Under the pieces are notes generated by a model. That model saw only the letters and a program-made list of their open reading frames with translations, was not told where the DNA came from and searched no databases. DNA of 59,099 nucleotides from Leptolyngbyales cyanobacterium. Its GTDB lineage: Bacteria > Cyanobacteriota > Cyanobacteriia > Leptolyngbyales > Leptolyngbyaceae. Of the stretch, positions 10,503 to 23,620 are shown piece after piece. The stretch's first letter is position 1, and each line of letters starts with the position of its first letter. Location of the stretch: contig JBBQYE010000001.1 in the NCBI GenBank assembly GCA_038208945.1, positions 1 to 59,099 on the forward strand, in the 5' to 3' direction. The translations under genes were made by a program, and so were the position numbers.

Positions 10503-11933
10503 GTGACGGACGGATTTGATTACGATTTGGTAATTATCGGCGCGGGCGTTGGCGGACATGGTGCAGCTCTCCATGCGGTTGACTGTGGATTAAAGACCGC
10601 CATCATTGAGGCGGCAGATATGGGCGGCACCTGCGTCAATCGGGGCTGCATTCCGTCTAAGGCGCTGTTGGCGGCGGCGGGTCGCGTGCGAGAACTCCGC
10701 AACGCCCACCACTTAAAGTCATTGGGCATTCAGGTTGGCAATGTCTCGTTCGATCGAGGCGCGATTGCCACTCATGCAGGCAACATGGTTGCTAAACAAC
10801 AAGACGGGCTAGTCAACAGCCTTAAGCGGGTCGGAGTCGAGGTGATTCACGGTTGGGGTCGCATGGCTGGATCGCAAAAAGTGTCCGTCACCACTGACGC
10901 AGGCGAGAAGATCATCACCGCAAAAGACATCATTCTCGCGCCCGGATCGGTGCCCTTTGTGCCTCCTGGCGCGCAGATCGACGGCAAAACCGTGTTTACG
11001 AGCGACGACGCGATCAAGCTAGAGACGTTGCCCCCGTGGATCGCGATCGTTGGCAGCGGCTACATCGGACTCGAATTTGCCGATGTCTACACCGCTCTCG
11101 GCTGCGAGGTGACGATGATCGAAGCGCTCGACCAGCTCATGCCCGGATTCGATCCCGATATTGCCAAACTCGCGCAGCGCATTCTGATTGCCCCTCGCGA
11201 TATCGAGACCAAAGTTGGAATGCTGGCGATGAAAGTCACTCCTGGTTCGCCTGTGGTGATTGAGCTTGCCGATGCCAAAACCAAGGAGATCGTCGAAGTT
11301 CTCGAAGTCGATGCGTGTTTAATCGCGACGGGTCGGATTCCGGTTGCCAAAGACATGGGGTTAGAATCGGTCAGCGTCGAGTTAGATCGGCGAGGCTATA
11401 TTCCCGTTAACGATCGCTTAGAAGTCCTTTCAGCCGGAGAATCTGTTCCGCATCTCTGGGCGATCGGAGACGCAACGGGCAAGATGATGCTGGCTCATGC
11501 GGCTTCTGCTCAGGGCGTGATCGCGGTTGAGAATATGTGCGGACGCGATCGCGAGGTAGACTATCGCAGCATTCCAGCCGCCGCCTTTACTCATCCTGAA
11601 ATTAGCTTTGTGGGCATGACCGAACCTGCGGCTCAAGAATTGGGCAAAGCCGAGGGATTTGAAGTGTCTGCGGTGCGGACTTACTTCAAAGGCAACGCCA
11701 AAGCGCTGGCTGAGGGAGAAGTTGACGGAATTGCCAAACTGATCTATAGATCGGACACTGGAGAAGTTTTAGGCGTTCATATTATTGGGCTTCATGCCGC
11801 AGACTTGATTCAGGAAGCGGCAAACGCGATCGCCAACCGTCAATCGGTGCGATCGCTGGCGTTCTTAGTCCACACTCATCCCACGCTCTCCGAGATTCTA
11901 GACGAAGCCTATAAACGAGCCGCCATCCACTGA
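10503..11933 (+). CDS. lpdA: Dihydrolipoamide dehydrogenase
   Basis: [19 protein letters not shown] and HTHPTLSE motifs; GGAGG RBS with GTG start. Confidence 0.97.
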   Translation: MTDGFDYDLVIIGAGVGGHGAALHAVDCGLKTAIIEAADMGGTCVNRGCIPSKALLAAAGRVRELRNAHHLKSLGIQVGNVSFDRGAIATHAGNMVAKQQDGLVNSLKRVGVEVIHGWGRMAGSQKVSVTTDAGEKIITAKDIILAPGSVPFVPPGAQIDGKTVFTSDDAIKLETLPPWIAIVGSGYIGLEFADVYTALGCEVTMIEALDQLMPGFDPDIAKLAQRILIAPRDIETKVGMLAMKVTPGSPVVIELADAKTKEIVEVLEVDACLIATGRIPVAKDMGLESVSVELDRRGYIPVNDRLEVLSAGESVPHLWAIGDATGKMMLAHAASAQGVIAVENMCGRDREVDYRSIPAAAFTHPEISFVGMTEPAAQELGKAEGFEVSAVRTYFKGNAKALAEGEVDGIAKLIYRSDTGEVLGVHIIGLHAADLIQEAANAIANRQSVRSLAFLVHTHPTLSEILDEAYKRAAIH

Positions 11934-12135
11934 TGTAAAGAAAATGGCTAGAGAATATCCTGATGCAGTTCAAACATTCTCTAGCACTACCGTTCAAAAC
12001 TCAGAACTCTCAAGGAATTGCGTTACTCTACTAAATAAGAGTTTGTGTCGGTCAACTCTGGTCAAAACGGCTAGAATTTGATTCGGCTCAAATCCCATTG
12101 ACTTCAAGTTTCTTTTGCGTTTCCTGGCTACCCTA

Positions 12136-13020
12136 ATGGAGATTCGTCGTCGTCAGCCCAATCCCGCCATCACGATTCCTCAAATTCGATATCAGACAAC
12201 GGTTCCTGATTCTGCTCCGCGTCATATTTTAGAGGAGATCGTTTGGGAAAAAGAAGTCGAAGTCACTAAGATGCGCGATCGCCTCCCTCTAATGGAGTTG
12301 CAGAAAAAAATGCAGACGACCGCGCCAACCCGCGACTTTGTGGCGGCTCTGCGTCAGGGAAAAACAAACCCAGCGGTGATCGCAGAGGTGAAGAAGGCAT
12401 CGCCCAGCAAAGGAGTGATTCGAGAAGATTTTGATGCGGTGGCGATCGCCCAATCTTATGTGAAAGGTGGGGCATCGTGTCTGTCTGTCCTCACCGATCA
12501 GAAGTTTTTTCAAGGCAGCTTTGAGAATCTTTCCTGCATTCGTGAAGTAGTCGATTTGCCGCTGTTGTGTAAAGATTTTATCATTTACCCTTATCAAATG
12601 TATTGGGCACGGTTGCAAGGAGCCGACGCGGTTTTGCTGATTGCGGCGATATTGCCTGATAAGGACTTGCGGTATTTCCTGAAAATCGTCAAAGCGTTGG
12701 GCATGGTGGCTCTAATTGAGGTGCATACGCTTGAAGAACTCGATCGCGTTCTCTCTCTCGACGGGGTGGTGATGGTAGGCATCAATAATCGCAACCTTAA
12801 AGACTTCTCAGTAGACCTTGACACCACTTGCCAACTGCTGGCGGCGAGAGGAAATCAACTGACAGAAAAGGAAATTTTGGTCGTCAGCGAATCAGGGCTA
12901 CACACTCCTGCCGACCTCGATTTGGTAGTTAACGCGGGTGCTCAGGCAGTTCTCGTGGGAGAATCCTTAATCAGACAGCCCGATCCGGGTCAAGCGCTTG
13001 TGCGGTTGGTGACTCGCTAG
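12136..13020 (+). CDS. trpC: Indole-3-glycerol phosphate synthase
   Basis: [22 protein letters not shown] and SESG motifs. Confidence 0.97.
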   Translation: MEIRRRQPNPAITIPQIRYQTTVPDSAPRHILEEIVWEKEVEVTKMRDRLPLMELQKKMQTTAPTRDFVAALRQGKTNPAVIAEVKKASPSKGVIREDFDAVAIAQSYVKGGASCLSVLTDQKFFQGSFENLSCIREVVDLPLLCKDFIIYPYQMYWARLQGADAVLLIAAILPDKDLRYFLKIVKALGMVALIEVHTLEELDRVLSLDGVVMVGINNRNLKDFSVDLDTTCQLLAARGNQLTEKEILVVSESGLHTPADLDLVVNAGAQAVLVGESLIRQPDPGQALVRLVTR

Positions 13021-13068
13021 GCTAATGTTTCTCGTCGATCGTTTTTTCTTTAACCAGGTTAGCGTTAC

Positions 13069-13350
13069 ATGGAGCCGATTCCTCTTCCTTCGCACATTCA
13101 TTACGAGTTGTTGCTGCAACTCTTAGAGCGACAGACAATGTTCGCCGTTACTCAGCAAAAACATCAGCGAGACCAAGTTCACCAGTTAATTATTACGCTG
13201 CGAAAAGCCTATTCTCAACAAAAACATCTAGAAGAAGACTGTCAGCGCAGTCAATTAGAGGTTGAATATCGCTGGTCGCTGAATAGCCTCGAAGCCCCTC
13301 CTAACGTCGAAAAGGCTGCAAAAACCTCACAGGAGCCTAAAATCTCCTGA
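13069..13350 (+). CDS. Conserved small cyanobacterial protein (DUF5340-like)
   Basis: PLPSHIHYELLLQLLERQT N-terminus. Confidence 0.75.
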   Translation: MEPIPLPSHIHYELLLQLLERQTMFAVTQQKHQRDQVHQLIITLRKAYSQQKHLEEDCQRSQLEVEYRWSLNSLEAPPNVEKAAKTSQEPKIS

Positions 13351-13425
13351 CCTCGCGCGATCGCCGATTTGTCCCGTCGCTAATATTTCTGATTTTGCGT
13401 CTACTATAAAAGCTAATTCTCCTAA

Positions 13426-14649
13426 GTGGGATCGGGTTTTGGGAGGCTCCGAGTGTCTGAACCGAACGCTGATCAAGGTAAAAAATTGTCGGATCAGGTA
13501 TCCGATCGCTCCGATACGCCAGAAATATCTGCAAATTCTGACGAGTTAGAGTCACAGTTAGACTACATGCAAGCCAAAATCCGCAACCAAATCGAGCGGA
13601 TTCAGGATCTAGAGCTGGCGTTAGACCAATCGATTGATAACCTTAACGAGCTGAGGCTGCAAATCGTTAATCAGCAGTTTCTAGAAGAGCATCTTGCTTC
13701 GACTGAAGAGATTGCCAACGTTCAGCAGCAGGCAATCAACCAGCTAAAGCGACAATTTGCTGAGAAACAAGCCGCTTTTGAGCAGCAAATTCATCAGGCG
13801 CAGGAGCGAGAGCAAGACTATCAGAAGTTGCTCGAAGCCGCAGAACTCTTTGCCCAAAGTCAACACGCCGAATTGCAGCGATTGAGAGCGCAGGTGATGA
13901 TCGATCGCCCCAATGCACCTGATCAAACGCGGCTAACTTCCCAAATCGATGAGCTGCAAGTGGCGATGCAAACCCAGCAGCAACAGGTCTTAGAGCTAGA
14001 ATCGCAAGAATTAACGGCGCGTAGTTTATCAGCTAATTTAGAACTGCAACTGCAAGAAGCGCAAAAACAAATTCGACGACTCTATCGAGAACTCAACGAT
14101 CGACACACCGCAATTAACGAGCTAGAAGCCCGACTAGAGGGAGATTTCTCCGACCAGTCTCTAAGTTCTGCTGCTCTGAGCCATTCAGATGCCCAAGATT
14201 CGCCGCAAAAAGTCGAGGAATTAGAGTCACAACTCGTTAAACAAATGGCAACTCAGGCACTTTTGCAGCAAGCCTGTCAAGAGCTAGAACTCGATCGTGA
14301 ACAAAATCAGACTCGCATTGCCGAATTAGAGCGACAAGCTGCCGAAATGCAGGAGCAGATTCTCAGTCAGGCGCAGCAAGCCAGTGAATATGAAACCGCT
14401 GTCCAGCACTGGAAAGACCGTTTCTACACGACCCAAGATAAAGTGGCGCAGCTCAAAGATCTCTTGGAGAATGACTCTTCCGATCGGTCACTAGAGTTAG
14501 CAGAATTGTTTGCAGACATTCAAGCCACTTCGACGATCGGTGGCGAACCTCTACGATCAACTAGCAGAGCCGATGCTTTTAACGAAGACCTCAAGATTGA
14601 TTTACCCGACTTTTTGACCCGCCGCCGCACCTATCGGAATCGCTCCTAG
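13426..14649 (+). CDS. Long coiled-coil protein
   Basis: Q/E/L-rich heptad pattern, C-terminal DLPDFL.RR; start codon uncertain. Confidence 0.8.
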   Translation: MGSGFGRLRVSEPNADQGKKLSDQVSDRSDTPEISANSDELESQLDYMQAKIRNQIERIQDLELALDQSIDNLNELRLQIVNQQFLEEHLASTEEIANVQQQAINQLKRQFAEKQAAFEQQIHQAQEREQDYQKLLEAAELFAQSQHAELQRLRAQVMIDRPNAPDQTRLTSQIDELQVAMQTQQQQVLELESQELTARSLSANLELQLQEAQKQIRRLYRELNDRHTAINELEARLEGDFSDQSLSSAALSHSDAQDSPQKVEELESQLVKQMATQALLQQACQELELDREQNQTRIAELERQAAEMQEQILSQAQQASEYETAVQHWKDRFYTTQDKVAQLKDLLENDSSDRSLELAELFADIQATSTIGGEPLRSTSRADAFNEDLKIDLPDFLTRRRTYRNRS

Positions 14650-14772
14650 AATCTTTTTTCCTCATCGACTCCAAAAGTAATTTCCAGTTAGATTAAACCC
14701 GATCGTGGATCAGGTGTGTAATCCTGGATCATGCACGAAAAACTGCATCCTCACCCCTAAAAGGACACTCTC

Positions 14773-15921
14773 ATGGACGACAAGTTAATGCTGATGATTC
14801 CGGGTCCGACTCCCGTGCCGGAGCAGGTTTTGCTAGCGATGGCGAAGCATCCGATCGGGCATCGCAGCGCTGACTTTGGCAAAATTATGGCAGAAGTCAC
14901 CGCCAATTTAAAATGGCTTCACCAAACGCAAAATGATGTGCTGATTCTCACCGCTAGCGGCACGGGCGTAATGGAAGCCGGGATTATTAACTTTCTCAGT
15001 CCGGGCGATCGGGTGTTGGTCGGGTCAAATGGCAAGTTTGGCGAGCGTTGGGCAGAAGTCACCGATGCCTATGGGCTGAAAACCGAGCGCATCACCGCTG
15101 AGTGGGGCAAACCTCTCGATCCTGAGCAGTTCCGGGTGGCGTTAGAGACAGACACTGAGAAGCAAATCAAAGCCGTCGTCATTACCCACAGCGAAACTTC
15201 GACAGGGGTGATCAACGACCTCGAAACGATTAATCGCCACGTCAAAGCCCACGGCAAAGCGCTGATTATTGTCGATACCGTGACGAGTTTGGGAGCGACC
15301 AACGTTCCAGTCGATACTTGGGCTTTGGATGTGGTGGCATCTGGTTCGCAAAAGGGCTATATGATTCCGCCAGGGTTGGGATTTGTGGCGGTCAGTGACA
15401 AAGCTTGGGATGCGTACAAAACGGCAAAACTGCCTCGTTATTACCTGGATTTGGGCAAATACCGCAAAGATGCTGCCAAAAATACGACTCCTTTCACGCC
15501 TCCGATTAACCTATTCTTTGCTCTGCAAGCGGCGTTAAGAATGATGCAGGCAGAAGGTCTAGAGAACATTTTTGCGCGTCACCATCGGCTGCTAGCAGCA
15601 ACCCGCGCCGCCATGAAAGCGATGGGAATGCCTTTATTTGCCGCAGAGGAGTGTGCAAGTCCGGCAATCACGGCGGTGATGCCAAGCGGTGTCGATGCCG
15701 AGCAAATTCGATCGGTGATGAAAAAGCGATTCGATATCGTGCTAGCAGGCGGACAAGATCACGTCAAGGGCAAGATTTTTCGGATTGGTCACTTGGGCTT
15801 TGTCAGCGATCGAGATGTGCTAACCGCGATCGCGTCTCTAGAAGCCACACTGCAAGAACTAGGTCATAAATTTACGCCAGGTGCCGGGGTTGCAGCGGCG
15901 GTGAAAGTGTTCGCGTCGTAG
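14773..15921 (+). CDS. Class V aminotransferase (alanine-glyoxylate / phosphoserine aminotransferase, DhsS-like)
   Basis: MIPGPTPVP, HSETSTG, SGSQKG (PLP lysine) and FRIGHLG. Confidence 0.93.
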   Translation: MDDKLMLMIPGPTPVPEQVLLAMAKHPIGHRSADFGKIMAEVTANLKWLHQTQNDVLILTASGTGVMEAGIINFLSPGDRVLVGSNGKFGERWAEVTDAYGLKTERITAEWGKPLDPEQFRVALETDTEKQIKAVVITHSETSTGVINDLETINRHVKAHGKALIIVDTVTSLGATNVPVDTWALDVVASGSQKGYMIPPGLGFVAVSDKAWDAYKTAKLPRYYLDLGKYRKDAAKNTTPFTPPINLFFALQAALRMMQAEGLENIFARHHRLLAATRAAMKAMGMPLFAAEECASPAITAVMPSGVDAEQIRSVMKKRFDIVLAGGQDHVKGKIFRIGHLGFVSDRDVLTAIASLEATLQELGHKFTPGAGVAAAVKVFAS

Positions 15922-15943
15922 AGGACGAATCATTCAAATCACT

Positions 15944-15981
15944 AAAAAACCGGGGGAACTGATGAGGTTTCCCCGGTTTTT
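15944..15981. terminator. Bidirectional terminator
   Basis: AAAAAACCGGGGGAAC...GTTTCCCCGGTTTTT between convergent genes. Confidence 0.85.
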
Positions 15982-16017
15982 CGATCTGTTAGGACATACC
16001 GAAATATGCCCGATTCA

Positions 16018-17289
<1,272 letters not shown>

Positions 17290-17531
17290 TCAACTTAATA
17301 TTGTGCTGCAAGGTGCCCTTTCTACCAAATTGGGCGACAAATTGCTCCTCTTATTCACTCTACAGATTTAGGGAGACTTGGCGATCGCTAAAATCATGAA
17401 TTTCCAATCAAGTTCGCCACTCTAGGGATAGAAATGTTCGCCTTGACTCTAAAGTAATAAGGATTCGCAAATTTTAGATTTACTTAAGGCTTGTGAGGGG
17501 GATCACGATTTGGTAAGATCTGCCCTAGCGA

Positions 17532-17545
17532 GTAGTCCTAAATAC
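17532..17545. promoter_or_regulatory. Possible NtcA site (GTA-N8-TAC)
   Basis: GTAGTCCTAAATAC in the petH/prk divergent spacer. Confidence 0.4.
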
Positions 17546-17692
17546 TTAACTGCAAAGCTTTGGCTTAACAAAGCTGTTGAGGTAGGCGGCGTTCATTCTT
17601 AGAATGATTGCATTTTGCTTGAGCAAGTCGTCAAAGCTCCGGCTGACTCAAGAACCCAATTAGTAGAAAACTTTTTGTTTTAGAGGAAATCT

Positions 17693-18694
17693 ATGATCAG
17701 TAAGCCAGACCGCGTGGTTTTAATTGGGGTTGCCGGAGACTCCGGGTGCGGTAAATCCACGTTTCTGCGTCGATTGACCGATCTGTTTGGGGAAGATTTC
17801 GTCACCGTTATCTGCCTCGACGATTACCACAGTCTGGATCGCAAGCAGCGCAAAGAAACCGGAATCACGGCACTAGACCCTAGAGCCAATAACTTTGACC
17901 TGATGTATGAGCAGATGAAAGCGCTCAAAAGTGGGGAAAAGATTAACAAGCCCATCTACAACCACGAGACGGGTCTTCTCGATCCTCCTGAAATTGTTGA
18001 ACCCAATCACATCATCGTGATCGAGGGGCTACACCCACTTTACGACGAACGAGTTCGCAACCTGCTAGACTTTAGCGTCTATCTCGACATCAGCGATGAA
18101 GTCAAAATCGCCTGGAAGATTCAGCGCGACATGGCAGAACGGGGTCACACCTATGAAGATGTGCTAGCTCAGATCAACGCTCGCAAACCCGACTTTGAGG
18201 CATATATTGACCCTCAGAAAGGCTTTGCTGACGTTGTAGTGCAAGTGTTGCCGACGCAGTTAATCAAGAACGACCAAGAGCGAAAAGTGCTGCGGGTGCA
18301 GATGATTCAACGGGATGAAGTGGAGGGCTTTGAGCCTGCTTACTTGTTTGACGAAGGCTCCGAGATTCATTGGACTCCTTGTGGACGGAAGCTCACTTGC
18401 TCCTATCCTGGAATCAAGATGTACTACGGTCCTGACTCTTACTACGGTCACAGTGTTTCGATTTTGGAAGTCGATGGTCAGTTCGACAAGCTTGAAGAAG
18501 TCATCTACATCGAACAACACTTGAGCAAAACTTCCGCGAAGCATAACGGTGAGTTGACCGAGCTATTGCTCAAGCACCGTGAATATCCAGGTTCTAACAA
18601 TGGGACGGGCTTATTCCAAGTGCTAGTTGGGCTAAAAATGAGAGCGACCTATGAGCGGATAATCGCTAAAGAGAAAGTTGCGGTTAGCGCTTAA
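17693..18694 (+). CDS. prk: Phosphoribulokinase
   Basis: GDSGCGKST, ICLDDYHSLDR and RKLTCSYPG. Confidence 0.98.
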   Translation: MISKPDRVVLIGVAGDSGCGKSTFLRRLTDLFGEDFVTVICLDDYHSLDRKQRKETGITALDPRANNFDLMYEQMKALKSGEKINKPIYNHETGLLDPPEIVEPNHIIVIEGLHPLYDERVRNLLDFSVYLDISDEVKIAWKIQRDMAERGHTYEDVLAQINARKPDFEAYIDPQKGFADVVVQVLPTQLIKNDQERKVLRVQMIQRDEVEGFEPAYLFDEGSEIHWTPCGRKLTCSYPGIKMYYGPDSYYGHSVSILEVDGQFDKLEEVIYIEQHLSKTSAKHNGELTELLLKHREYPGSNNGTGLFQVLVGLKMRATYERIIAKEKVAVSA

Positions 18695-18717
18695 TTCTTG
18701 AGTTGATTTTGACGATC

Positions 18718-18743
18718 GGGGATGCCATCAGCGTCCCCTTTCT
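18718..18743 (+). terminator. Terminator of prk
   Basis: GGGGATGC-catca-GCGTCCCC followed by TTTCT. Confidence 0.65.
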
Positions 18744-19011
18744 CAGTGATTTGATCTCTAAGATCAGTCTGATAAGATCTCCTAGCCAATTTGACCGAAG
18801 TTAGGGGATGCTTTGACCTTATAATTGCTTAAGATTTGAATTTAATGTTCAGCCTTCGATCGCTTCAAGCTTTCTTCTTTTAACGTCACTAAAAAAGAAC
18901 AAGTGTCAGAGATCGAAGCGTAAAACCAAATACCAAACCCGCCATCGCTATAAATGGCAAAACGAGCGACGACGTTACTCCAAACATCACCGACTCCATA
19001 AAGGAAAAACC

Positions 19012-19452
19012 ATGAGCGCAGACGTTATTGACGTGACCCCCGAAGCCGAGAAAAAAGCTGAGAAAAAAGCTGAGAAAAAAGGAGCGATCGAACTTCACAA
19101 ACAGCCCAGTCTCTCTGTTTGGAATCGCCCTACTATGTCCAGCGATATCGAAATCGCAGGCACGATTCAGGATGGGGGCATTCGACCGATCGGAGCCAGT
19201 CATCTAGAAATCGTGGGCACTCTGCTGACGAATCGCCCGATTGTGGCAAGCCACCTTCGCATTTTTGAAATGGTGGACAAGCGTCCGGTCTTTTGTGACG
19301 AAATCAAAATGCTTGAAGGTGAAGGTCTAGGTGGGAGACCTGTGATGGCAAGCGATCCAGATTTAATGAACGACAATATGGGGTTTGGGCAACGCCCGAT
19401 CGCCTCTAACAATGTCGATGATGCCCCTGCGCTGATGGGCTTTATTGACTAG
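19012..19452 (+). CDS. Hypothetical protein with six RP(I/V)xxS-type repeats
   Basis: AAGGA RBS; RPTMSS, RPIGAS, RPIVAS, RPVFCD, RPVMAS, RPIASN; terminator follows at about 19484-19514. Confidence 0.85.
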   Translation: MSADVIDVTPEAEKKAEKKAEKKGAIELHKQPSLSVWNRPTMSSDIEIAGTIQDGGIRPIGASHLEIVGTLLTNRPIVASHLRIFEMVDKRPVFCDEIKMLEGEGLGGRPVMASDPDLMNDNMGFGQRPIASNNVDDAPALMGFID

Positions 19453-19601
19453 AACAGGCTTCAAATTTAATTGACTCATTGACGGGGTGTTTCTTCTGAG
19501 AGGCACCCATTTTTGTATCCTAAAAATTCACTTCATATCCTGGGCGTATGAACGTTTATCATTGACAAATAAGCGCCCCACCTAGTCCCAACGTTTTCCC
19601 A

Positions 19602-22600
19602 ATGACTGCAACGATCGCTAATCTGCCCAGCCACTACGACTCTGCTGCCTCAGAAGCCAAGTGGCAGAAGTTTTGGGAAGAAAACCACGTCTTTAAAGCC
19701 GACCCCAATGCCCCTGGCGAACCTTACTGTGTCGTGATTCCGCCTCCCAACGTCACGGGCAGTCTTCATATGGGTCATGCCTTTGAGACAGCATTGATTG
19801 ACGCGCTTGTGCGATATCACCGTATGTGTGGCTACAACACACTCTGGCTTCCTGGAACGGATCATGCCAGCATTGCAGTGCAAACTATTCTTGAAAAGCA
19901 GCTAAAAGCTGAGGGAAAGACTCGGCAAGAGTTGGGGCGCGAGAAGTTTCTAGAACGTGCTTGGAAATGGAAAGCCGAATCGGGAGGCACGATCGTCAAT
20001 CAGCTTCGACGATTAGGCGTTTCGGTAGACTGGTCAAGAGAGCGCTTTACGATGGATGAAGGGCTGTCAAAAGCCGTGCTAGATGCCTTCGTTCAGCTTT
20101 ATGAGGAGAAGCTGATCTATCGAGGCAACTATCTGGTCAACTGGTGCCCTGCCAGTCAATCTGCTGTGTCTGACTTAGAAGTTGAAAATCAGGAAGTCAA
20201 CGGGCATTTGTGGCATTTTCGCTATCCGCTGGCGCAGAGTGATGGCTATGTGGAGGTTGCCACGACTCGCCCTGAGACGATGTTGGGAGATACTGCCGTT
20301 GCGGTCAATCCGAAGGACGATCGCTACAAGCATTTGATTGGTCAACGGGTGATTTTGCCGCTCGTAGACCGAGAGATTCCAATTATCGGCGACGAGTTTG
20401 TTGATCCCACGTTTGGGACGGGATGCGTTAAGGTGACTCCTGCTCATGATCCCAACGATTTTGAGATGGGCAAGCGGAATAACTTGCAATTCATCAACAT
20501 TATGAACAAAAACGGCACTCTCAATGAGAATGCCGGAGAGTTTCAAGGGCAAGACCGCTTTGTGGCGCGTAAAAATGTGGTCAGACGGCTTGAAGAAGAA
20601 GGAATGCTGGTCAAAATTGAGGACTATAAGCACACCGTTCCCTATAGCGATCGCGGCAAGGTTCCCGTCGAGCCTCTGCTCTCTACTCAGTGGTTCGTCA
20701 AAATCAAACCCCTGTCAGAGCCTGCTCTATCGGATCTGGATCAACAGAATTCGCCTGAGTTTGTGCCCGATCGCTGGACAAAAGTTTATCGAGATTGGCT
20801 CGTGAGCTTAAAAGATTGGTGCATCTCTCGCCAACTCTGGTGGGGACACCAAATCCCCGCCTGGTATGCTGTCAGCGAGACGGGTGGCATCATCACCGAC
20901 ACGACCCCGTTTATGGTGGCTCAAAGTGAGGCAGAGGCGAGAGAAAAGGCGATCGCTCTATTCGGCGAAAATGTTCAGCTTGAGCAAGACCCCGACGTGC
21001 TCGACACGTGGTTTTCGTCTGGCTTATGGCCCTTCTCAACCTTGGGCTGGTCTAACGAAACGCCAGACTTTAAGCGCTACTATCCGACTGCGACGCTGGT
21101 GACGGGGTTTGACATTATCTTCTTTTGGGTTGCCCGCATGACGATGATGGCAAAGCACTTTACGGGAGAAATGCCCTTCAAAACCGTCTATATTCACGGA
21201 TTGGTGCGGGATGAAAACAACAAGAAGATGTCCAAGTCGTCTAATAACGGCATTGATCCGCTGATTTTGATTGACAAATATGGTACGGATGCGCTGCGAT
21301 ACACTCTCGTGCGTGAGGTGACTGGAGCGGGGCAAGACATTCGACTGGAATATAACCGCAAAACGGATGAGTCTGCGTCGGTTGAGGCATCTCGTAATTT
21401 CACCAATAAGTTGTGGAACGCCTCTCGATTTGTGTTGATGAACCTAGATGGCAAGACCCCCGACCAGTTAGGATTGCCCGATCGAGATCAGTTGGACTTG
21501 AGCGATCGCTGGATTCTGTCCCGATTCCACCAGGTCACTCAGCAGATTCGCGATCAGATCGATCACTATGGCTTGGGCGAGTCTGCCAAACTGTTATACG
21601 AATTCATCTGGGGCGACTTCTGCGACTGGTATATTGAACTGGTCAAATCTCGTCTGCTGGGTGATGATGCCGTTTCTCGTAAGGCTGCTCAACAGACTCT
21701 CGCCTACGTTCTAGAAGGGACTTTGAAGCTACTTCACCCCTTTATGCCCCACATCACCGAAGAGATTTGGCACACGGTGACCCAGATCGATGAAACGTCA
21801 GGTCAGACACTAGCGTTACAGACCTACCCGGTTCCCGATTCTACGCTGATCAACCCTGACCTAGAGCAGCAGTTTGACCTCCTGATTGACACGATTCGCA
21901 CGATTCGGAATCTCAGAGCCGAGGCAGACATCAAGCCCGGAGTCAAAATTGAGGCAATCTTGCAAACCGATAGCGAGAAGGAAGAACACATCCTCAAGTC
22001 AGGTCAGCCTTACATTCAGGATTTAGCAAAGGTGCAAACGTTGAGGATCAATCAACCTCAGACTCAGCAAGCGCGTCCAGAAGTTACTGCGGATTCTTCT
22101 GAGACGGATCTTTTTGGCTCGATCGCCACATTCTTATCCACTCATCAGCGCGTCTTACTGACGATCGGCTTCATTCTGCTGACGTTAATCACGCTCAAAA
22201 TTTGTGCGGGTCTTCTAGAAGCCGTTCACGAAATTCTGCTTCTGCCAACCTTGTTAGAACTCGTGGGGATTGGCTACACCGTCTGGTTTATCAAGCAAAA
22301 ACTCTGGAAGGTGGGCGATCGCCAGCAGCTATTCAGCCAGATTGAGCAATTCAAAGCCGAAGTCTTCGGGGAGCCGCGTCCAGATGCACCCGACCCGATC
22401 GCGAATTCGTCATCGCTCAGCGAAGAAGACTCAGCCCAAACGATCGTCGGCGTGGTCGGAACGGTACGAGTCGCAATTCCTCTCGCGGGATTGATCGATT
22501 TAGTCGCTCTCAAGGCAAAAACCGAGAAAGATTTGAAAAAAGTAGAAGCTGAAATTCAAGCCCTCTCAGGACGGTTGAACAACGCTAAATTTGTCGATAA

Positions 22601-22697
22601 AGCCCCTCCTGATGTGGTTCAAACTGCACGAGATGCGCTGTCAGAATTTGAGACGCAAGCCGAGATTCTCCAGACACGACTCGATCGCTCGGATTGA
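19602..22697 (+). CDS. valS: Valine--tRNA ligase with inserted CAAD membrane-anchor domain
   Basis: HMGH and KMSKS motifs; two-TM insert with [17 protein letters not shown] before the C-terminal coiled coil. Confidence 0.98.
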   Translation: MTATIANLPSHYDSAASEAKWQKFWEENHVFKADPNAPGEPYCVVIPPPNVTGSLHMGHAFETALIDALVRYHRMCGYNTLWLPGTDHASIAVQTILEKQLKAEGKTRQELGREKFLERAWKWKAESGGTIVNQLRRLGVSVDWSRERFTMDEGLSKAVLDAFVQLYEEKLIYRGNYLVNWCPASQSAVSDLEVENQEVNGHLWHFRYPLAQSDGYVEVATTRPETMLGDTAVAVNPKDDRYKHLIGQRVILPLVDREIPIIGDEFVDPTFGTGCVKVTPAHDPNDFEMGKRNNLQFINIMNKNGTLNENAGEFQGQDRFVARKNVVRRLEEEGMLVKIEDYKHTVPYSDRGKVPVEPLLSTQWFVKIKPLSEPALSDLDQQNSPEFVPDRWTKVYRDWLVSLKDWCISRQLWWGHQIPAWYAVSETGGIITDTTPFMVAQSEAEAREKAIALFGENVQLEQDPDVLDTWFSSGLWPFSTLGWSNETPDFKRYYPTATLVTGFDIIFFWVARMTMMAKHFTGEMPFKTVYIHGLVRDENNKKMSKSSNNGIDPLILIDKYGTDALRYTLVREVTGAGQDIRLEYNRKTDESASVEASRNFTNKLWNASRFVLMNLDGKTPDQLGLPDRDQLDLSDRWILSRFHQVTQQIRDQIDHYGLGESAKLLYEFIWGDFCDWYIELVKSRLLGDDAVSRKAAQQTLAYVLEGTLKLLHPFMPHITEEIWHTVTQIDETSGQTLALQTYPVPDSTLINPDLEQQFDLLIDTIRTIRNLRAEADIKPGVKIEAILQTDSEKEEHILKSGQPYIQDLAKVQTLRINQPQTQQARPEVTADSSETDLFGSIATFLSTHQRVLLTIGFILLTLITLKICAGLLEAVHEILLLPTLLELVGIGYTVWFIKQKLWKVGDRQQLFSQIEQFKAEVFGEPRPDAPDPIANSSSLSEEDSAQTIVGVVGTVRVAIPLAGLIDLVALKAKTEKDLKKVEAEIQALSGRLNNAKFVDKAPPDVVQTARDALSEFETQAEILQTRLDRSD

Positions 22698-22947
22698 GAT
22701 TCAAGAGGCATTCAGCAAAATTACTGGATTCATTCAGCCATTCCCTCAGTGTTGTTTCCATTCCCGTGCTCCTACGGGCTATCGAATCTGCTTTAGAAAC
22801 GCTATGTTATTTGTAGTAGGGCTGATCTCTTTTAAGAGCACCTAGCCCTCGCTCAGACAACTCGATAACTGGTTGCTGTCCGATTGTCAATCTAAAGAGA
22901 CTGATCCTGGCGTAATATTCAGTAGAGACAAGTAGAGAGAAACGGTT

Positions 22948-23370
22948 ATGCTGCACTTGGCTCAAGTCCATCAAAAAAGCTATGCAGGTAAAGCAGGATT
23001 GCGCCTGCTAGCGACTCAAAAAGCCGAAAACGTTTGGACAGTCGCTACTGAGGAAGAATTTGTTCTTTCTACTGAAGCCACTGACTATGGCGAGAGTGCC
23101 TTAGTTTTGGTTGAGCTATCTAGTACTCAACAAATTCTCAGCATTCGAGATGCCAAAAGCTGGGTCTTAAAGCTGGTTGAAGACTATCTAGTGAACGGTA
23201 TTACTCCCGCGTTTCTTGAGCAAGAAACCGAGCGCGCAGAGCAATGGCGGCAATCGCTAACCCTTCAAAATCAAGAACTCGATCGCCGCACGTTAGAACT
23301 AGAAGCCCGTAGAGAACAAATTCAAGCCCTTGAAGAAGACCTGAAGCGTGAAAAAAGGCAGTTCGAGTGA
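22948..23370 (+). CDS. Hypothetical protein resembling the HmpF N-terminal domain
   Basis: MLHLAQV...LRLLA...E.WRQSLTLQ.QEL.RR..ELEAR.EQ. Confidence 0.75.
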   Translation: MLHLAQVHQKSYAGKAGLRLLATQKAENVWTVATEEEFVLSTEATDYGESALVLVELSSTQQILSIRDAKSWVLKLVEDYLVNGITPAFLEQETERAEQWRQSLTLQNQELDRRTLELEARREQIQALEEDLKREKRQFE

Positions 23371-23620
23371 CACGCGTCTGAATTTGAGGCGAGAAACCAA
23401 GATCTCGATCGTCGCGCCTCAGACTAAGATGTTCTCCCTCCGCCAATTCAGTTAGACGACGGAAGATTTAGCCCTTCAACTCACGAAATAAGAGATCGCC
23501 CCCAGATGGGTGCCTGAGCAAAGATGTGACCTCACTAAAACTGTTACTGGTATGTCATGAGTGGGAACCATTGAGATACATAACTCATGACAAGTCTAGT
23601 TAGAAATCTAGGTTAACCCT

